From assembly GCA_012747475.1 (NCBI GenBank), contig GCA_012747475.1_3928.1: 64,000 nucleotides of DNA; one strand, written 5' to 3'. The first letter of the stretch is position 1; each line of letters starts with the position of its first letter. A program made the position numbers and the translations under genes. The stretch is from a phage. Below are positions 34,208-50,703 of this stretch, one piece after another. The notes under the pieces are model-generated. The model was not told the DNA's origin and ran no database searches. It was given only the letters and a program-made list of their open reading frames with translations.

Positions 34208-35674
34208 ATGGCAGATATTACAGAAACACAAGAAAGCTTACCACCATTTAGAATGGGTGAAGTAGGTTCTTTGGGTCTGAAGGTTAAGAGTGGAAGAATC
34301 TATGAAGAACCTCGTCAGGCACTAAGGTTCCCTGAAAGTATTAAAACTTTCCAATTAATGATGCGTGACCCTGCTGTAGCAGCATCTGTAAATATTATTA
34401 AGATGTTTGTCAGAAAAGTCAACTGGAGATTTGTACCTCCAAAGGGAAAAGAGCAAGACCCTAAAATGCTTGAAAGAGCAGACTTCTTTAATTCTTTAAT
34501 GGATGACATGGAGCATGATTGGGCAGATTTTATTAATTCTGTAATGTCATTCTGCACTTATGGGTTCTGTGTTAACGAGAAAGTTTATAAGAAGCGTCAG
34601 GGTAAAAAAGGAAAGTACCAGTCTAAATTTGATGATGGTCTAATTGGATGGGCTAAATTACCAATCAGAAACCAATCAACACTTGATAAGTGGTATTTTG
34701 ACGAAGACTTTAGAAAAGTTACAGGTGTTAGGCAGAATCTGAGAAATGTTTCACATATTGCTGGAGCAATTAATCTCGGAGAAAGACCACTAACAAGAAA
34801 ACTTCCACGAGCTAAATTCATGCTGTTTAAGTATGACGATGAATATGGAAACCCAGAAGGTCGTTCACCATTACTTAATGCTTATGTACCGTGGAAGTAT
34901 AAAGTTCAGATTGAAGAGTACGAAGCTGTTGGTGTCTCAAGAGATTTAGTAGGTATGCCAAAGATTGGTTTACCACCAGATTATCTGGATGAAAATGCAG
35001 AACCTGAAAAGAAAGCTTTCGTACAATACTGCAAAACTGTTGTTAACGATATGATTGCTAATGACAGAGCAGGTTTAATCTGGCCTAGATATATCGACCC
35101 AGATACTAAAGAGGATATTTTTGAGTTCTCATTAGTTTCTAGACAGGGTGCTAAAGCATACGATACAGGTTCTATTATTGACAGATATTCCAAGCAGATT
35201 ATGATGGCATTTATGTCAGATGTTCTTGCTATGGGTCAGTCAAAATACGGTTCATTCTCTCTTGCAGATTCTAAGACAAGCTTACTAGCGATGTCAGTAG
35301 ATATTCTGTTGAAGCAAATTAAGAACGTAATTAACCGTGATTTAGTTGCACAGACTTATGCTCTTAATATGTGGGATGACGAAGAACATGTACAAATCAC
35401 ATATGATGATATCGAAACTCCAGACCTTGAAGCAATTGGTTCTTATATTCAGAAGACTGTTGCAGTAGGTGCTTTGGAAGTTGACAAAGAACTATCTAAC
35501 AAGCTTAGAGAGCATATTGGTCTTCCTCCTGCTGATGAGTCTCAGCCAGTATCTGAAAAGCTTTCTCCAAATAGCCAAAGCCGCTCAGGAGATGGTTATA
35601 AGACCGCTGGAGAAGGTACTGCAAAGACACCTTCAGCGAAAGACCCAAGCACAGCAAATAAGGCAAATAAATAA
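34208..35674 (+). CDS. portal protein
   Basis: ~490 aa immediately after large terminase; start ATG 34208. Confidence 0.65.
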   Translation: MADITETQESLPPFRMGEVGSLGLKVKSGRIYEEPRQALRFPESIKTFQLMMRDPAVAASVNIIKMFVRKVNWRFVPPKGKEQDPKMLERADFFNSLMDDMEHDWADFINSVMSFCTYGFCVNEKVYKKRQGKKGKYQSKFDDGLIGWAKLPIRNQSTLDKWYFDEDFRKVTGVRQNLRNVSHIAGAINLGERPLTRKLPRAKFMLFKYDDEYGNPEGRSPLLNAYVPWKYKVQIEEYEAVGVSRDLVGMPKIGLPPDYLDENAEPEKKAFVQYCKTVVNDMIANDRAGLIWPRYIDPDTKEDIFEFSLVSRQGAKAYDTGSIIDRYSKQIMMAFMSDVLAMGQSKYGSFSLADSKTSLLAMSVDILLKQIKNVINRDLVAQTYALNMWDDEEHVQITYDDIETPDLEAIGSYIQKTVAVGALEVDKELSNKLREHIGLPPADESQPVSEKLSPNSQSRSGDGYKTAGEGTAKTPSAKDPSTANKANK

Positions 35675-36174
35675 TGGCTGAAGTTATCTCTATTTCAAAT
35701 GCTACACGAGTGCATTCGTATAGATGTGTTCTTATTATCACTGACAAATTATCTGTAGAGGCTGGCTCAAGGGTCAGCCTTTCAGGTTATGTAAGTGATG
35801 GTGAAACCTCTGACGTTTTCACTATTTGCAGGTTACTTGATGCTCCAATGAGTGGAAAACCGTTTATTTCAGGAAATTGTAGTGAAATTGTTAAAATTCC
35901 ATTTGACAGTTCATGCCTTTTGGGTGTAAAGTTATATAACTGCGAGAATAAACGTATCAATGTTAATAGCATTGAAGCCGCTTTCATTACCCTCGATACT
36001 GCATTTCAATCTCCAATGACAGTTAATAAAGAAACAAACAGACTTGAATACATTTTTTCACAAAATGATTACAAAGTACTTGTCAAAGGCAAAGTATATG
36101 ATATGATTGTAAATGTGGTAGATGAATCTGGTAACCATTCAACAATCCTTAAACAAAAAGTAAGGTTTAATTAA
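35674..36174 (+). CDS. hypothetical head-module protein
   Basis: ORF track; between portal and protease. Confidence 0.5.
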   Translation: MAEVISISNATRVHSYRCVLIITDKLSVEAGSRVSLSGYVSDGETSDVFTICRLLDAPMSGKPFISGNCSEIVKIPFDSSCLLGVKLYNCENKRINVNSIEAAFITLDTAFQSPMTVNKETNRLEYIFSQNDYKVLVKGKVYDMIVNVVDESGNHSTILKQKVRFN

Positions 36175-36506
36175 TGGGAACATTAACTATTGATGGTAAG
36201 AACAAAATCCTCGCCACGCTAACCCCAACGACTATTATTTTACACAATGTAGACCCAACGGCAGACCCTACAGCAAATAAGGTTACTCAGCCAGTGGCTA
36301 TTTATTTTTCTGAACCGGATAATGGCTTAATTGCCTCAGAAGATACAGTTAATATTACTGTTCCAGCTTCTGCAACGGTCTCACACTATAGCTTGTGGGA
36401 TGCTAACGATAAATGCGTGGCAACTGGTGCTCTTAGCAAACCTCAATTCTTTGCTGAAGAAGGTATCTATGTTATCTCTTCAGTCTCTGTAGATTTAAAC
36501 AAATAG
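36174..36506 (+). CDS. hypothetical head-module protein
   Basis: ORF track. Confidence 0.5.
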   Translation: MGTLTIDGKNKILATLTPTTIILHNVDPTADPTANKVTQPVAIYFSEPDNGLIASEDTVNITVPASATVSHYSLWDANDKCVATGALSKPQFFAEEGIYVISSVSVDLNK

Positions 36507-36517
36507 GGTGAGTAAAA

Positions 36518-37864
36518 ATGAGTTCGAATATCTTCAGACTTGCTGATAGATTATTCAACCAACCTTTACTAGCCACTGAATCATTAGCTCACTCAGCAGC
36601 AACTTATGTGAATAACAGATTGCTGGGTGATGTCCAAGCAGCAGTAAACTTTGATAAACCCAAAGGTGACGCAAGAAGTCTTTTAAAAGTAAAAGATGAC
36701 ATTGCTATTATCCCTATTATGGGTGGTTTAACTCATCGTATGACGTTCATTGATGCAATGTGTACAGGTGGATTAAGCTCTTATGAGGGTTTACGTAGAG
36801 GCTTTGACGAAGCTTTAGCAGATGAGTTAATCAAGACTATTGTTCTGCATATTGATTCTGGTGGTGGTGAAGCTTCAGGTTGCTTTGAATTAGCACGTCA
36901 CATTATGGCTTCAAGAGGCCAAAAGAAAATTATTGCTTATGTAGATGAGTTCGCTTGTTCCGCTGCATACGCTCTTGCATCTTCTGCTGAAGAAATTATT
37001 GCATCACCAGATGCAGATGTTGGTTCTATTGGTGTAATCATGGTTCATCAGGAATTAACTAAGGCATTTGAAAAGAATGGCGTAACAATTAACGTCATCA
37101 AAGCTGGTGAGTTTAAAGGTATGGGTTCACCATTCCAAGCACTCTCAGAAGAAAGCAAAGAAAGACTTCAAAAGAGAATTAATGATACCTACGCAACCTT
37201 TACAGGTTTTGTAGCCGAATCTCGTAATCTCTCTGAAGAAGCTGTAAAGAATACTGAGGCGAATGTTTATTCTGCTCAGGAAGCTCTTGAACTTGGTTTA
37301 ATTAACTCAATCATGTCTCAAGATGATTTCTTAAATTACTTACAAGGTTCTGAAGAGACTCCTGTAAGTTTAAACGTTAACAATTCAGGTGAAGAAATGA
37401 CTGAACAAGAAAAGCAAGAACTAGAGGCTTTGCGTCTTCAGGTTGCTCAAATGAAAGCTAAAGAACAGGAAGCTGCTTTGTCAGATTTGACTAATAAGAT
37501 TTCTGCTTCTGCTGAAGCTTTTGGATTTGATGCAAAAGAAGCTGCAACGACTATTTTAGGTGCTGGTCTTGATAACCCTCTGAGTGTTCTGTTTATGAAT
37601 GCTATGGAAGGTGCTAACCAGAAACTTAATGAAACTATCGCGTCCCATGCTTCTGCAATGGAAGAAAAAGAATCAGAAATTACCAAGCTGAAAGAAACCG
37701 CTGGTGCTGTTCTTGAACATTCTAATGCTATGGAAGAAATGGGTAATAACGGTGAAGCTGATTTGGTTGAAGAAGAAAAAGAACCAGCTAAGAATGCTTC
37801 CGAAGACACCGCTGAACAACGCAAACTGGCTCTCCAGAATGCTCTAAAATCTCTTATCAAATAA
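36518..37864 (+). CDS. prohead protease (S49/ClpP-like) fused to C-terminal coiled-coil scaffold
   Basis: LHIDSGGGEASG and ACSAAYALAS motifs; Glu/Ala/Lys-rich C-terminal half. Confidence 0.7.
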   Translation: MSSNIFRLADRLFNQPLLATESLAHSAATYVNNRLLGDVQAAVNFDKPKGDARSLLKVKDDIAIIPIMGGLTHRMTFIDAMCTGGLSSYEGLRRGFDEALADELIKTIVLHIDSGGGEASGCFELARHIMASRGQKKIIAYVDEFACSAAYALASSAEEIIASPDADVGSIGVIMVHQELTKAFEKNGVTINVIKAGEFKGMGSPFQALSEESKERLQKRINDTYATFTGFVAESRNLSEEAVKNTEANVYSAQEALELGLINSIMSQDDFLNYLQGSEETPVSLNVNNSGEEMTEQEKQELEALRLQVAQMKAKEQEAALSDLTNKISASAEAFGFDAKEAATTILGAGLDNPLSVLFMNAMEGANQKLNETIASHASAMEEKESEITKLKETAGAVLEHSNAMEEMGNNGEADLVEEEKEPAKNASEDTAEQRKLALQNALKSLIK

Positions 37865-37875
37865 GGAACACAACA

Positions 37876-38253
37876 ATGGCATATCAAGGTTTTACTAAGT
37901 TAGGTAACAGAGAACCTCTGAATGATATCATTCTTTGGGAACAGATTACCCCAACAGGCCACTCTCGTAAAGAGTACACCCCACAGGCATCTACAGAATA
38001 TCGTGTAGGTGAAGTTCTGAAAGCAGATGGTACTAAGGTACAAGCTGGAGAAGAAGCCCAAGCAGACTCTGTATGTATCGTTAATTTCTACGCAGACCTG
38101 CAACTGTCTTATCATGGTCAGTTGAAAGTAGTAGGTATCCACCGTGATGCAGAACTGAAAGACCTGCTAACTCTTGAATCGAGCGTTGATGCTGCTGAAG
38201 TCAAGAAAGCTCTGGCTGCTAAAGGTATTGATTTCGTACCAACTGGCCTGTAA
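37876..38253 (+). CDS. head decoration protein (lambda gpD-like position)
   Basis: 125 aa between protease/scaffold and major capsid gene. Confidence 0.45.
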   Translation: MAYQGFTKLGNREPLNDIILWEQITPTGHSRKEYTPQASTEYRVGEVLKADGTKVQAGEEAQADSVCIVNFYADLQLSYHGQLKVVGIHRDAELKDLLTLESSVDAAEVKKALAAKGIDFVPTGL

Positions 38254-38286
38254 TAACAATAATAAGACATTCTGGAGAATTTTACA

Positions 38287-39393
38287 ATGTTGACTAATTC
38301 TGAAAAAAGCAGATTTTTCCTTGCTGACCTGACTGGTGAAGTCCAGTCTATCCCAAATACTTATGGGTATATTTCCAACTTAGGTCTGTTCCGTTCAGCA
38401 CCAATCACCCAAACTACTTTCCTTATGGACTTGACTGATTGGGATGTTAGCTTGCTTGATGCGGTAGACCGCGATAGCCGTAAAGCAGAGACTAGCGCAC
38501 CTGAGCGTGTTCGTCAAATCAGCTTCCCAATGATGTACTTCAAAGAAGTTGAAAGTATTACTCCTGATGAGATTCAGGGTGTACGTCAGCCAGGCACTGC
38601 AAACGAACTGACTACTGAAGCTGTAGTACGTGCTAAGAAGCTGATGAAGATTCGTACCAAGTTCGATATTACTCGTGAGTTCCTGTTCATGCAAGCTCTG
38701 AAGGGTAAAGTTGTTGATGCTCGTGGTACTCTGTACGCTGACCTGTACAAGCAGTTCGACGTTGAGAAGAAGACTGTTTACTTCGACCTTGACAACCCTA
38801 ATGCTGACATTGACGCTGCTATTGAAGAACTGCGTATGCACATGGAAGACGAAGCTAAGACTGGCACTGTAATCAACGGTGAAGAAATTCACGTAGTTGT
38901 TGACCGCTTATTCTTCAGCAAACTGGTTAAACACCCTAAGATTCGTGACGCTTATCTTGCACAGCAGACTCCGCTGGCTTGGCAACAGATTACTGGTTCT
39001 CTGAGAACTGGTGGTACTGACGGCGTTCAGGCTCACATGAACACTTTCTACTACGGTGGTGTTAAGTTTGTCCAGTACAACGGTAAGTTCAAAGACAAGC
39101 GTGGTAAGGTTCACACTCTGGTGAGCATTGATAGTGTAGCAGCAACTGTTGGTGTAGGTCATGCTTTCCCTAACGTTTCTATGCTGGGTGAAGCTAACAA
39201 CATCTTCGAAGTGGCATATGGTCCATGTCCTAAGATGGGTTATGCAAATACACTTGGTCAGGAACTGTACGTATTCGAATACGAAAAAGACCGTGACGAA
39301 GGTATTGACTTTGAAGCTCACTCTTACATGCTGCCATACTGCACACGTCCTCAGTTGCTGGTAGACGTTCGTTCTGACGCTAAACCAGACTAA
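38287..39393 (+). CDS. major capsid protein
   Basis: 368 aa; position in portal-protease-decoration-capsid order. Confidence 0.65.
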   Translation: MLTNSEKSRFFLADLTGEVQSIPNTYGYISNLGLFRSAPITQTTFLMDLTDWDVSLLDAVDRDSRKAETSAPERVRQISFPMMYFKEVESITPDEIQGVRQPGTANELTTEAVVRAKKLMKIRTKFDITREFLFMQALKGKVVDARGTLYADLYKQFDVEKKTVYFDLDNPNADIDAAIEELRMHMEDEAKTGTVINGEEIHVVVDRLFFSKLVKHPKIRDAYLAQQTPLAWQQITGSLRTGGTDGVQAHMNTFYYGGVKFVQYNGKFKDKRGKVHTLVSIDSVAATVGVGHAFPNVSMLGEANNIFEVAYGPCPKMGYANTLGQELYVFEYEKDRDEGIDFEAHSYMLPYCTRPQLLVDVRSDAKPD

Positions 39394-39414
39394 TATTCTT
39401 AAGGAGGGTTATGA

Positions 39415-39864
39415 ATGTGCTATACAGGCGACCCAGCCAATAACCCTCTTGATAGAGTAAGAATCCTCTGCACAGACACCAATAATGATGAAATTCTTAT
39501 TGAGCAGTCTGTGCTAGAGTGGTTCTATCTAGAATCTGGAAAGGATGAAAAGAAAGCAGCCATCAAAGCTCTTAAATATTTACTCTTTCAAGTAGCCAAG
39601 ATGGGAGATGAGAAGGTTGGTGGTGTTTATTTACGTAACTCTTCCAGATTCAAATCTCTGAAAGCTGTTTATGACGACCTTGTTAAAAGCTCTGTTTCAG
39701 GACTACCCTATGCAGGTGGTATTAATCAGTGCGACATTGATATGCGTCGTCAGAATCCTTGCTCTGTCAAGAAATACACAGAATATGGTGATGCTGCCAG
39801 ATACGAAGGCAGAGATTACTGCAACCGTGTTAATGGCGTATTTATTATCGAGCGAGATGAATAA
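39415..39864 (+). CDS. head-tail joining protein (putative)
   Basis: ORF track; position after capsid gene. Confidence 0.45.
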   Translation: MCYTGDPANNPLDRVRILCTDTNNDEILIEQSVLEWFYLESGKDEKKAAIKALKYLLFQVAKMGDEKVGGVYLRNSSRFKSLKAVYDDLVKSSVSGLPYAGGINQCDIDMRRQNPCSVKKYTEYGDAARYEGRDYCNRVNGVFIIERDE

Positions 39865-40346
39865 TGGTTAAAAGGGTTATTCACCCCGCTAGAGCAAAAT
39901 TAGTCGGGGCTATGAAGAACTTGCAAACGGCTAATGCTCAAGTTGGGTATTTTCAAGAACAAGGTCAACATAGCTCTGGTTTTTCTTATCCTGCTTTAAT
40001 GTATTTACAAGAAGTTATTGGGGTTCCTTCAGCTTCTGGTAAAGTATATCGTAGGTTGTTTGAAATCACTATGATGCTAAACAAACAGACCTTGTTAGAG
40101 CAGACTAAGAAGAATCTATATAAGCAACTTAGCAGTCTCAACACAGACCCTTCAAATACCTTAGAAGCATTTGCAAAGAATGCTCAAAAGGCAATTAAAA
40201 GAGGTTTTGGTAATTCTGCTATACTCCCTCCTAACGCACCTTCCACAGTCAAGAAAAAAGGCTTTAATGCACCTCTTGTTGAGACAGGTGACTTAAGGGA
40301 TAACCTTGCTTATAAAATTTCTACTAAGAAGGGTATTGAGAAATGA
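39864..40346 (+). CDS. head/tail completion protein (putative)
   Basis: ORF track. Confidence 0.45.
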   Translation: MVKRVIHPARAKLVGAMKNLQTANAQVGYFQEQGQHSSGFSYPALMYLQEVIGVPSASGKVYRRLFEITMMLNKQTLLEQTKKNLYKQLSSLNTDPSNTLEAFAKNAQKAIKRGFGNSAILPPNAPSTVKKKGFNAPLVETGDLRDNLAYKISTKKGIEK

Positions 40347-40744
40347 GACTCTTAAACAGACACAGCTTTGTAGTAAAGCGTAAAGTCTCTGAAGACGGTT
40401 ATTACAATGATGATGGTGATTGGGTAGCTTCACAAGATATTGTAGAGGTTAACTGTAAAGGTAATATCCAGCCATATATCAAAGGTTCTGTAAAGAATGG
40501 TACACAGATTGCTTTACCGGAAGGTATCAGGCTTACCGATACAAGAATCCTGTATACTACATATAAACTTAGAACTTCAGATGATGTAGAGTGGAATGAG
40601 TCTGACATTGTTATGATTGATGGTCATGAGTATGAAGTATTTATGACTATGGATTGGTCACAGCAATTAGCCCATACGTCCCATTATGAATATATCATTA
40701 TTAGAAGGGATAAAATGAATGCAGTTAGAAACAGCAGAACTTGA
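40343..40744 (+). CDS. head/tail completion protein (putative)
   Basis: ORF track. Confidence 0.45.
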   Translation: MRLLNRHSFVVKRKVSEDGYYNDDGDWVASQDIVEVNCKGNIQPYIKGSVKNGTQIALPEGIRLTDTRILYTTYKLRTSDDVEWNESDIVMIDGHEYEVFMTMDWSQQLAHTSHYEYIIIRRDKMNAVRNSRT

Positions 40745-41318
40745 AAAAGGTCTAGTTAGAACCTTAGTGGATGTTATTGGTCACAGACTAGCTCGTGATA
40801 AAAATAATAGACCAAACGTAATTAGAGCTTACCCTTCTGATAACTCAAATGACAAAGGTTTAAAACCTGACCAGCCATTTATTACCGTATATTGTCAAGA
40901 TGCTGCAACACCTTATGGTTGGGTTCTTGATAAGTTTGTTGAGGATGATGTAGTTTGCTACAGAATTGCTTTTCAGATTCCTGTACTAATTACGGTGAAT
41001 GGTAAAGGTGCTCACAGTATTATGCTTGAGCTTAAACAACGATTAGAGATGAGTTCAGTCAGAGATTTAATTCTTGAAGAGACAGGAGCTACAGTTCTAG
41101 ACACTGGAGCTATCCCAAATGACTACACTTATCTTAATACAGATTTCGAAAATTCTGCACCTCTTGTTGTAACTCTTGTAAAAAATTCAGTCCTGAAAGA
41201 TGAACGTGGAAGTATTATTGAGCGTGTCATTGTTGATGGTGAATTAGTTTACGAAGAAGGACAAGAGCCACCAGAATATACTATCCATCTAGATGTAGAC
41301 TCCAAAGGGGTAAAATAA
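40719..41318 (+). CDS. tail completion protein (putative)
   Basis: ORF track. Confidence 0.45.
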   Translation: MQLETAELEKGLVRTLVDVIGHRLARDKNNRPNVIRAYPSDNSNDKGLKPDQPFITVYCQDAATPYGWVLDKFVEDDVVCYRIAFQIPVLITVNGKGAHSIMLELKQRLEMSSVRDLILEETGATVLDTGAIPNDYTYLNTDFENSAPLVVTLVKNSVLKDERGSIIERVIVDGELVYEEGQEPPEYTIHLDVDSKGVK

Positions 41319-42671
41319 ATGTGGAATCCAATTGTTAATGTAGATATTACATTGAACACCGCAGGAACTACAAGAGAAGGTTTTGGGCTGCCACTATTTT
41401 TAGCTTCAACAGATAACTTTGAAGAAAGAGTCCGTGGTTACACTTCCTTAACTGAAGTTGCTGAAGATTTCGATGAAAACTCTGCTGCATATAAGGCTGC
41501 TAAACAACTTTGGAGTCAGACTCCTAAAGTAACTCAGCTTTATATTGGTAGACGTGCTATGCAGTACACTGTATCAATTCCTGATGAGGTTACTGAGAGC
41601 ACCGACTATTCTTTAACTGTAGCTGTGAGCGGTGGAGTTTCTCAGCCATTCCAGTACACTTCACAGTCAGAAGATACTGCTGAGAAGGTGCTACAGCAGC
41701 TTAAAACTCAGATTGAAGCAGAACCTTCTGTAAAAGACCTTGTTACTGTCAATGTAACTGGTGCTGGCGGTTCAGCAACAATGGTAATCACCAAAGCTGG
41801 TGACAATGACTTCGTGAAGGTTACCACTACAGCACAAACAGTGTCAATTGCAAGTACAACTGCTGACACAGCATCGACTGCTCTGGCAGCTATTGAGGCT
41901 TATTCAACTGACTGGTATTTCATTGCAGCAGAAGATAGAACTCAACAGTTTGTCTTAGCAATGGCTTCTGAGATTCAAGCTCGTAAGAAGATTTTCTTTA
42001 CAGCTAACTCTGATGTAACAGCCCTACAAGGTACAGAATTAGCTAGTGCAAATGATGTTCCAGCACAGCTTGCTAAGAGCCAGTACACTCGTACCGTTTG
42101 CTTGTGGCATCACACAGCGGCAGAAGACTATCCAGAAATGGCATACATTGCTTATGGTGCTCCGTATGATGCAGGTTCAATTGCTTGGGGTAACGCACAG
42201 TTAACTGGTGTAGCTGCTTCTCTACAGCCATCTAATCAGAGACCTCTGACAAGTATTCAGAAGTCAGCTTTAGATGCACGTCACTGTAACTTTATTGACC
42301 TTGATGGTGGTGTTCCAGTGGTTCGTAGAGGGATTACTTCTGGTGGGGAATGGATTGATATTATCCGTGGTGTTGACTGGTTAGAATCAGACCTGAAAAC
42401 TTCTCTGAGAGACTTGCTAATTAATCAGAAGGGTGGTAAGATTACTTATGATGATACTGGTATTACCCGTATTCGTCAAGTCATTGAAACCTCTCTGCAA
42501 AGAGCAGTCAACAGAAACTTCCTGTCATCTTACACAGTTAATGTTCCTAAAGCCTCTCAAGTTGCTTTAGCAGACAAGAAAGCTCGTATCCTGAAAGACG
42601 TTACCTTCTCAGGTATCTTAGCAGGGGCTATCTTGGATGTTGACTTGAAAGGTACAGTGGCTTACGAATAA
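41319..42671 (+). CDS. tail sheath protein (putative)
   Basis: 450 aa directly upstream of small tube-sized gene; gp25/J-like baseplate genes downstream. Confidence 0.55.
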   Translation: MWNPIVNVDITLNTAGTTREGFGLPLFLASTDNFEERVRGYTSLTEVAEDFDENSAAYKAAKQLWSQTPKVTQLYIGRRAMQYTVSIPDEVTESTDYSLTVAVSGGVSQPFQYTSQSEDTAEKVLQQLKTQIEAEPSVKDLVTVNVTGAGGSATMVITKAGDNDFVKVTTTAQTVSIASTTADTASTALAAIEAYSTDWYFIAAEDRTQQFVLAMASEIQARKKIFFTANSDVTALQGTELASANDVPAQLAKSQYTRTVCLWHHTAAEDYPEMAYIAYGAPYDAGSIAWGNAQLTGVAASLQPSNQRPLTSIQKSALDARHCNFIDLDGGVPVVRRGITSGGEWIDIIRGVDWLESDLKTSLRDLLINQKGGKITYDDTGITRIRQVIETSLQRAVNRNFLSSYTVNVPKASQVALADKKARILKDVTFSGILAGAILDVDLKGTVAYE

Positions 42672-42686
42672 TAGAGGTAAATTGGA

Positions 42687-43133
42687 ATGGCTATGTATCA
42701 GCAATATTCCCCTAAAGACGTTGTGTGTAGCTGGAATGGTATTGCCATTGAAGGCTTTGCCCCAGACTCATTCTTACGTCTACAGAGAACATCACCACTT
42801 GTGACACCAGTTGTAGGTGCGGGTGGTCAAGTTGCTCTGACAAGAAATGCAGACAAGACAGGTACTATTGAGATTGAGCTAATGCAGACTTCTCTCTCTA
42901 ACCAGATGCTTTCTGCAATTCAAGCTAAACAAGACAATATGGAACTTGAAGAAGATATCTCTTCTAACTTCGTAATCTACGACCCATCAGGCTCTGTTCT
43001 GGCAACTGGTATTAATGCTTGGTTGCAGGAATTACCGCAGATTGAACTTGGTCGTGACCAGAACTCTAAAACTTGGATTTTTGGTTGTGAGAAGCTAGAC
43101 TACACTTCTACAATTCCAGCGTCAAGTGTTTAA
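42687..43133 (+). CDS. tail tube protein (putative)
   Basis: 148 aa after sheath; strong terminator follows. Confidence 0.55.
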   Translation: MAMYQQYSPKDVVCSWNGIAIEGFAPDSFLRLQRTSPLVTPVVGAGGQVALTRNADKTGTIEIELMQTSLSNQMLSAIQAKQDNMELEEDISSNFVIYDPSGSVLATGINAWLQELPQIELGRDQNSKTWIFGCEKLDYTSTIPASSV

Positions 43134-43144
43134 TAAATCCTATA

Positions 43145-43178
43145 AGGGGGAGACTTTAAAAGGTCTTCCCCTTTTTTG
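43145..43178 (+). terminator. intrinsic terminator after tail tube gene
   Basis: 9-bp stem GGGGGAGAC/GTCTTCCCC then TTTTTTG. Confidence 0.75.
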
Positions 43179-43206
43179 TTTCTTTTAAAAGTATTAAGGA
43201 ATCACA

Positions 43207-43605
43207 ATGAAAACAGAATCTAGAGTAATTAATGGTAAGAAAGTAAATATCGTTCTGCTTGGGGCAAGAGATGGTATTAAGATGTCTATGAAGTTGGGTA
43301 AAATTGTTGTTCCAACCTTTGCACAGATGCTGTCAAGTCTGACTGATAAAGACAAGAAAGAAGCTCCAATGGTTCCATTTAAAGAACTTGTTGAAGCTTG
43401 TTTTGACAGAATTGAAGAAATTAACCTTGAAGAAATGGCTACATTACTATTTCAAGGGGCAACTGTCGATGACTTCCCACTTAATATTGATACGTACTTC
43501 CAAGCAAACTACGGTGAGTTTATTGATTACTTAGCATTTGCGCTGGAGGCAAACTTCGGAAGTTTTTTCGAAGCAAGCATTTTCAAAAGCCTAACTTCTC
43601 AGTAA
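43207..43605 (+). CDS. tail assembly chaperone (G-like, unshifted product)
   Basis: 132 aa between tube and tape measure; slippery site near 3' end. Confidence 0.6.
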   Translation: MKTESRVINGKKVNIVLLGARDGIKMSMKLGKIVVPTFAQMLSSLTDKDKKEAPMVPFKELVEACFDRIEEINLEEMATLLFQGATVDDFPLNIDTYFQANYGEFIDYLAFALEANFGSFFEASIFKSLTSQ

Positions 43606-43846
43606 ACATGGGTAACACTCTACAGACACCACTAACTGATGCTGCTGTAGAGGCAACCTATGAAGAAGCAGACGAGATGAAATTTGTGCTTGCTATTTAT
43701 GGTATGGAAGGGTGTAAAGAAACACTTGACCAACTCTTTGCTATGACATTCTCTGATTTATTATCATTGAGACAATTTCTTGAGATTCAGAGGTCGTATA
43801 AAGAGGAAATTGCTTACAACGAACTTAGAAGAGCAGGAAAAATGTA

Positions 43847-43847
<1 letters not shown>
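43207..43847 (+). CDS. tail assembly chaperone, -1 frameshift fusion product (GT-like)
   Basis: fusion of 43207..43569 with -1 frame continuing to stop at 43847. Confidence 0.5.
43563..43569 (+). promoter_or_regulatory. -1 programmed ribosomal frameshift slippery heptamer T-TTT-TTC
   Basis: zero-frame AGT TTT TTC; -1 frame open through ATG 43608 to 43847. Confidence 0.6.
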
Positions 43848-49231
<5,384 letters not shown>

Positions 49232-49232
<1 letters not shown>

Positions 49233-50701
49233 TGGCAGGATTAACTACAACAGGATTACAAACTCTAAGATATCAGGAAATTTTTGATAATATCAAATCA
49301 AGACTTCTTAGAGATATTTCACCAAACCTTGACGTTTCTGAAGATAGCCAATTAGGTCTCTTCCTAGCTTCAATTGCAAGGTCTTTAGCAGATACACATG
49401 AGATTCTATCAGAAATCTATGACGGCGGGACAATTGACAAGGCTGAAGGATTTAACCTTGATGATATCACAGCTTTGAATGCTGTATACAGATATGTTGC
49501 TCAGGCAACAAGGGGTCAGGTTGAGTTCACTGGAACAACTGGTGCTACCATCTCTTCAACAACAAGATTGAGAAGTACTGCTGGAAATATCTTTTATCCA
49601 GTTAACAATATTACCCTTACCCCATCATATTGTGTTGAAGCTGTTCTTGAAGTTAACTCTTTACGAACTGATGCAGATTATGTTATTATTATTGATAACG
49701 TTATTTTCTCATATAAACCAACCTCATCAGACACAATTACCACACTACTAACTAAATTAGCAGAGGCTATTAATGGTGGTATTGTAGCAAAAGCAGAAGT
49801 TATCAATGATGGAGCCTCATTAAGAGTCTATAAAGATGAGGGTGATATTATTGCAAGAACAAACCCTATGGTTGTTACTGCGACAACGTTTCTGACATTT
49901 ACAAAGATTACAACTATCTCAGATGTAGTAGCTGAAGAGGTTGGTGCTATTCCTGCTTTAGCTGGGACTCTTATTGAGATTGAAACCACTGTTGATGGCC
50001 TTGACAGCATCTATAACAGGTATGACTTAACAACTGGTAGAAACGAAGAAACTGACACAGAACTTAGACAGAGGTATTTAGAATCCTTAGCAGTTACTGG
50101 TGTAGGGACTTTGGATGCAATTGTAGCTGCTGTTAAAAGGGTTCAAGGTGTCTCAGATGCTTCAGGTGTTGAAAATGATACTGAAGAGACGAACTCAGAA
50201 GGTCTTCCACCAAAATCTTTTAAGATTGTCGTAGTCGGTGGTCAAAATGATAATGTTGCTCAAGCAATCTGGGATACAAAACCTGCTGGTATTAGAGCTT
50301 ACGGCTCAATTTTTGGTACAGCCCATGATTTAGGTGGTTTAGCACATAATATTTATTTTAGCAGACCAACACCAAAATACGCATTTGTTAAAGTCTCTTA
50401 CTCTTTATATGACGAAGAGAGCTTGACAATCCCTGAAGAGGATATCAGAGACAGTATTGTACAAGGTATTAATGCCTACGGAAGAACTCTTAAGGTTGGT
50501 AATGACGTTATCCCTAACAGAATCTACGGATATATCTATGATGTAATTAAAGGTATTGAGATTAATGAGGTGAAAGTAGCATTATCAAACAGCCAATCAG
50601 TTCCACCTAGTGACGGACAATATACTACAGCAAGAATTACTGTTGACGGTGACCAATATACTGTTTGGGAAAGTAGCCAGTATACCATCACTAAGGAGTA
50701 A
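49232..50701 (+). CDS. baseplate J-like protein
   Basis: 489 aa after gp25-like gene. Confidence 0.5.
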
Positions 50702-50703
50702 TA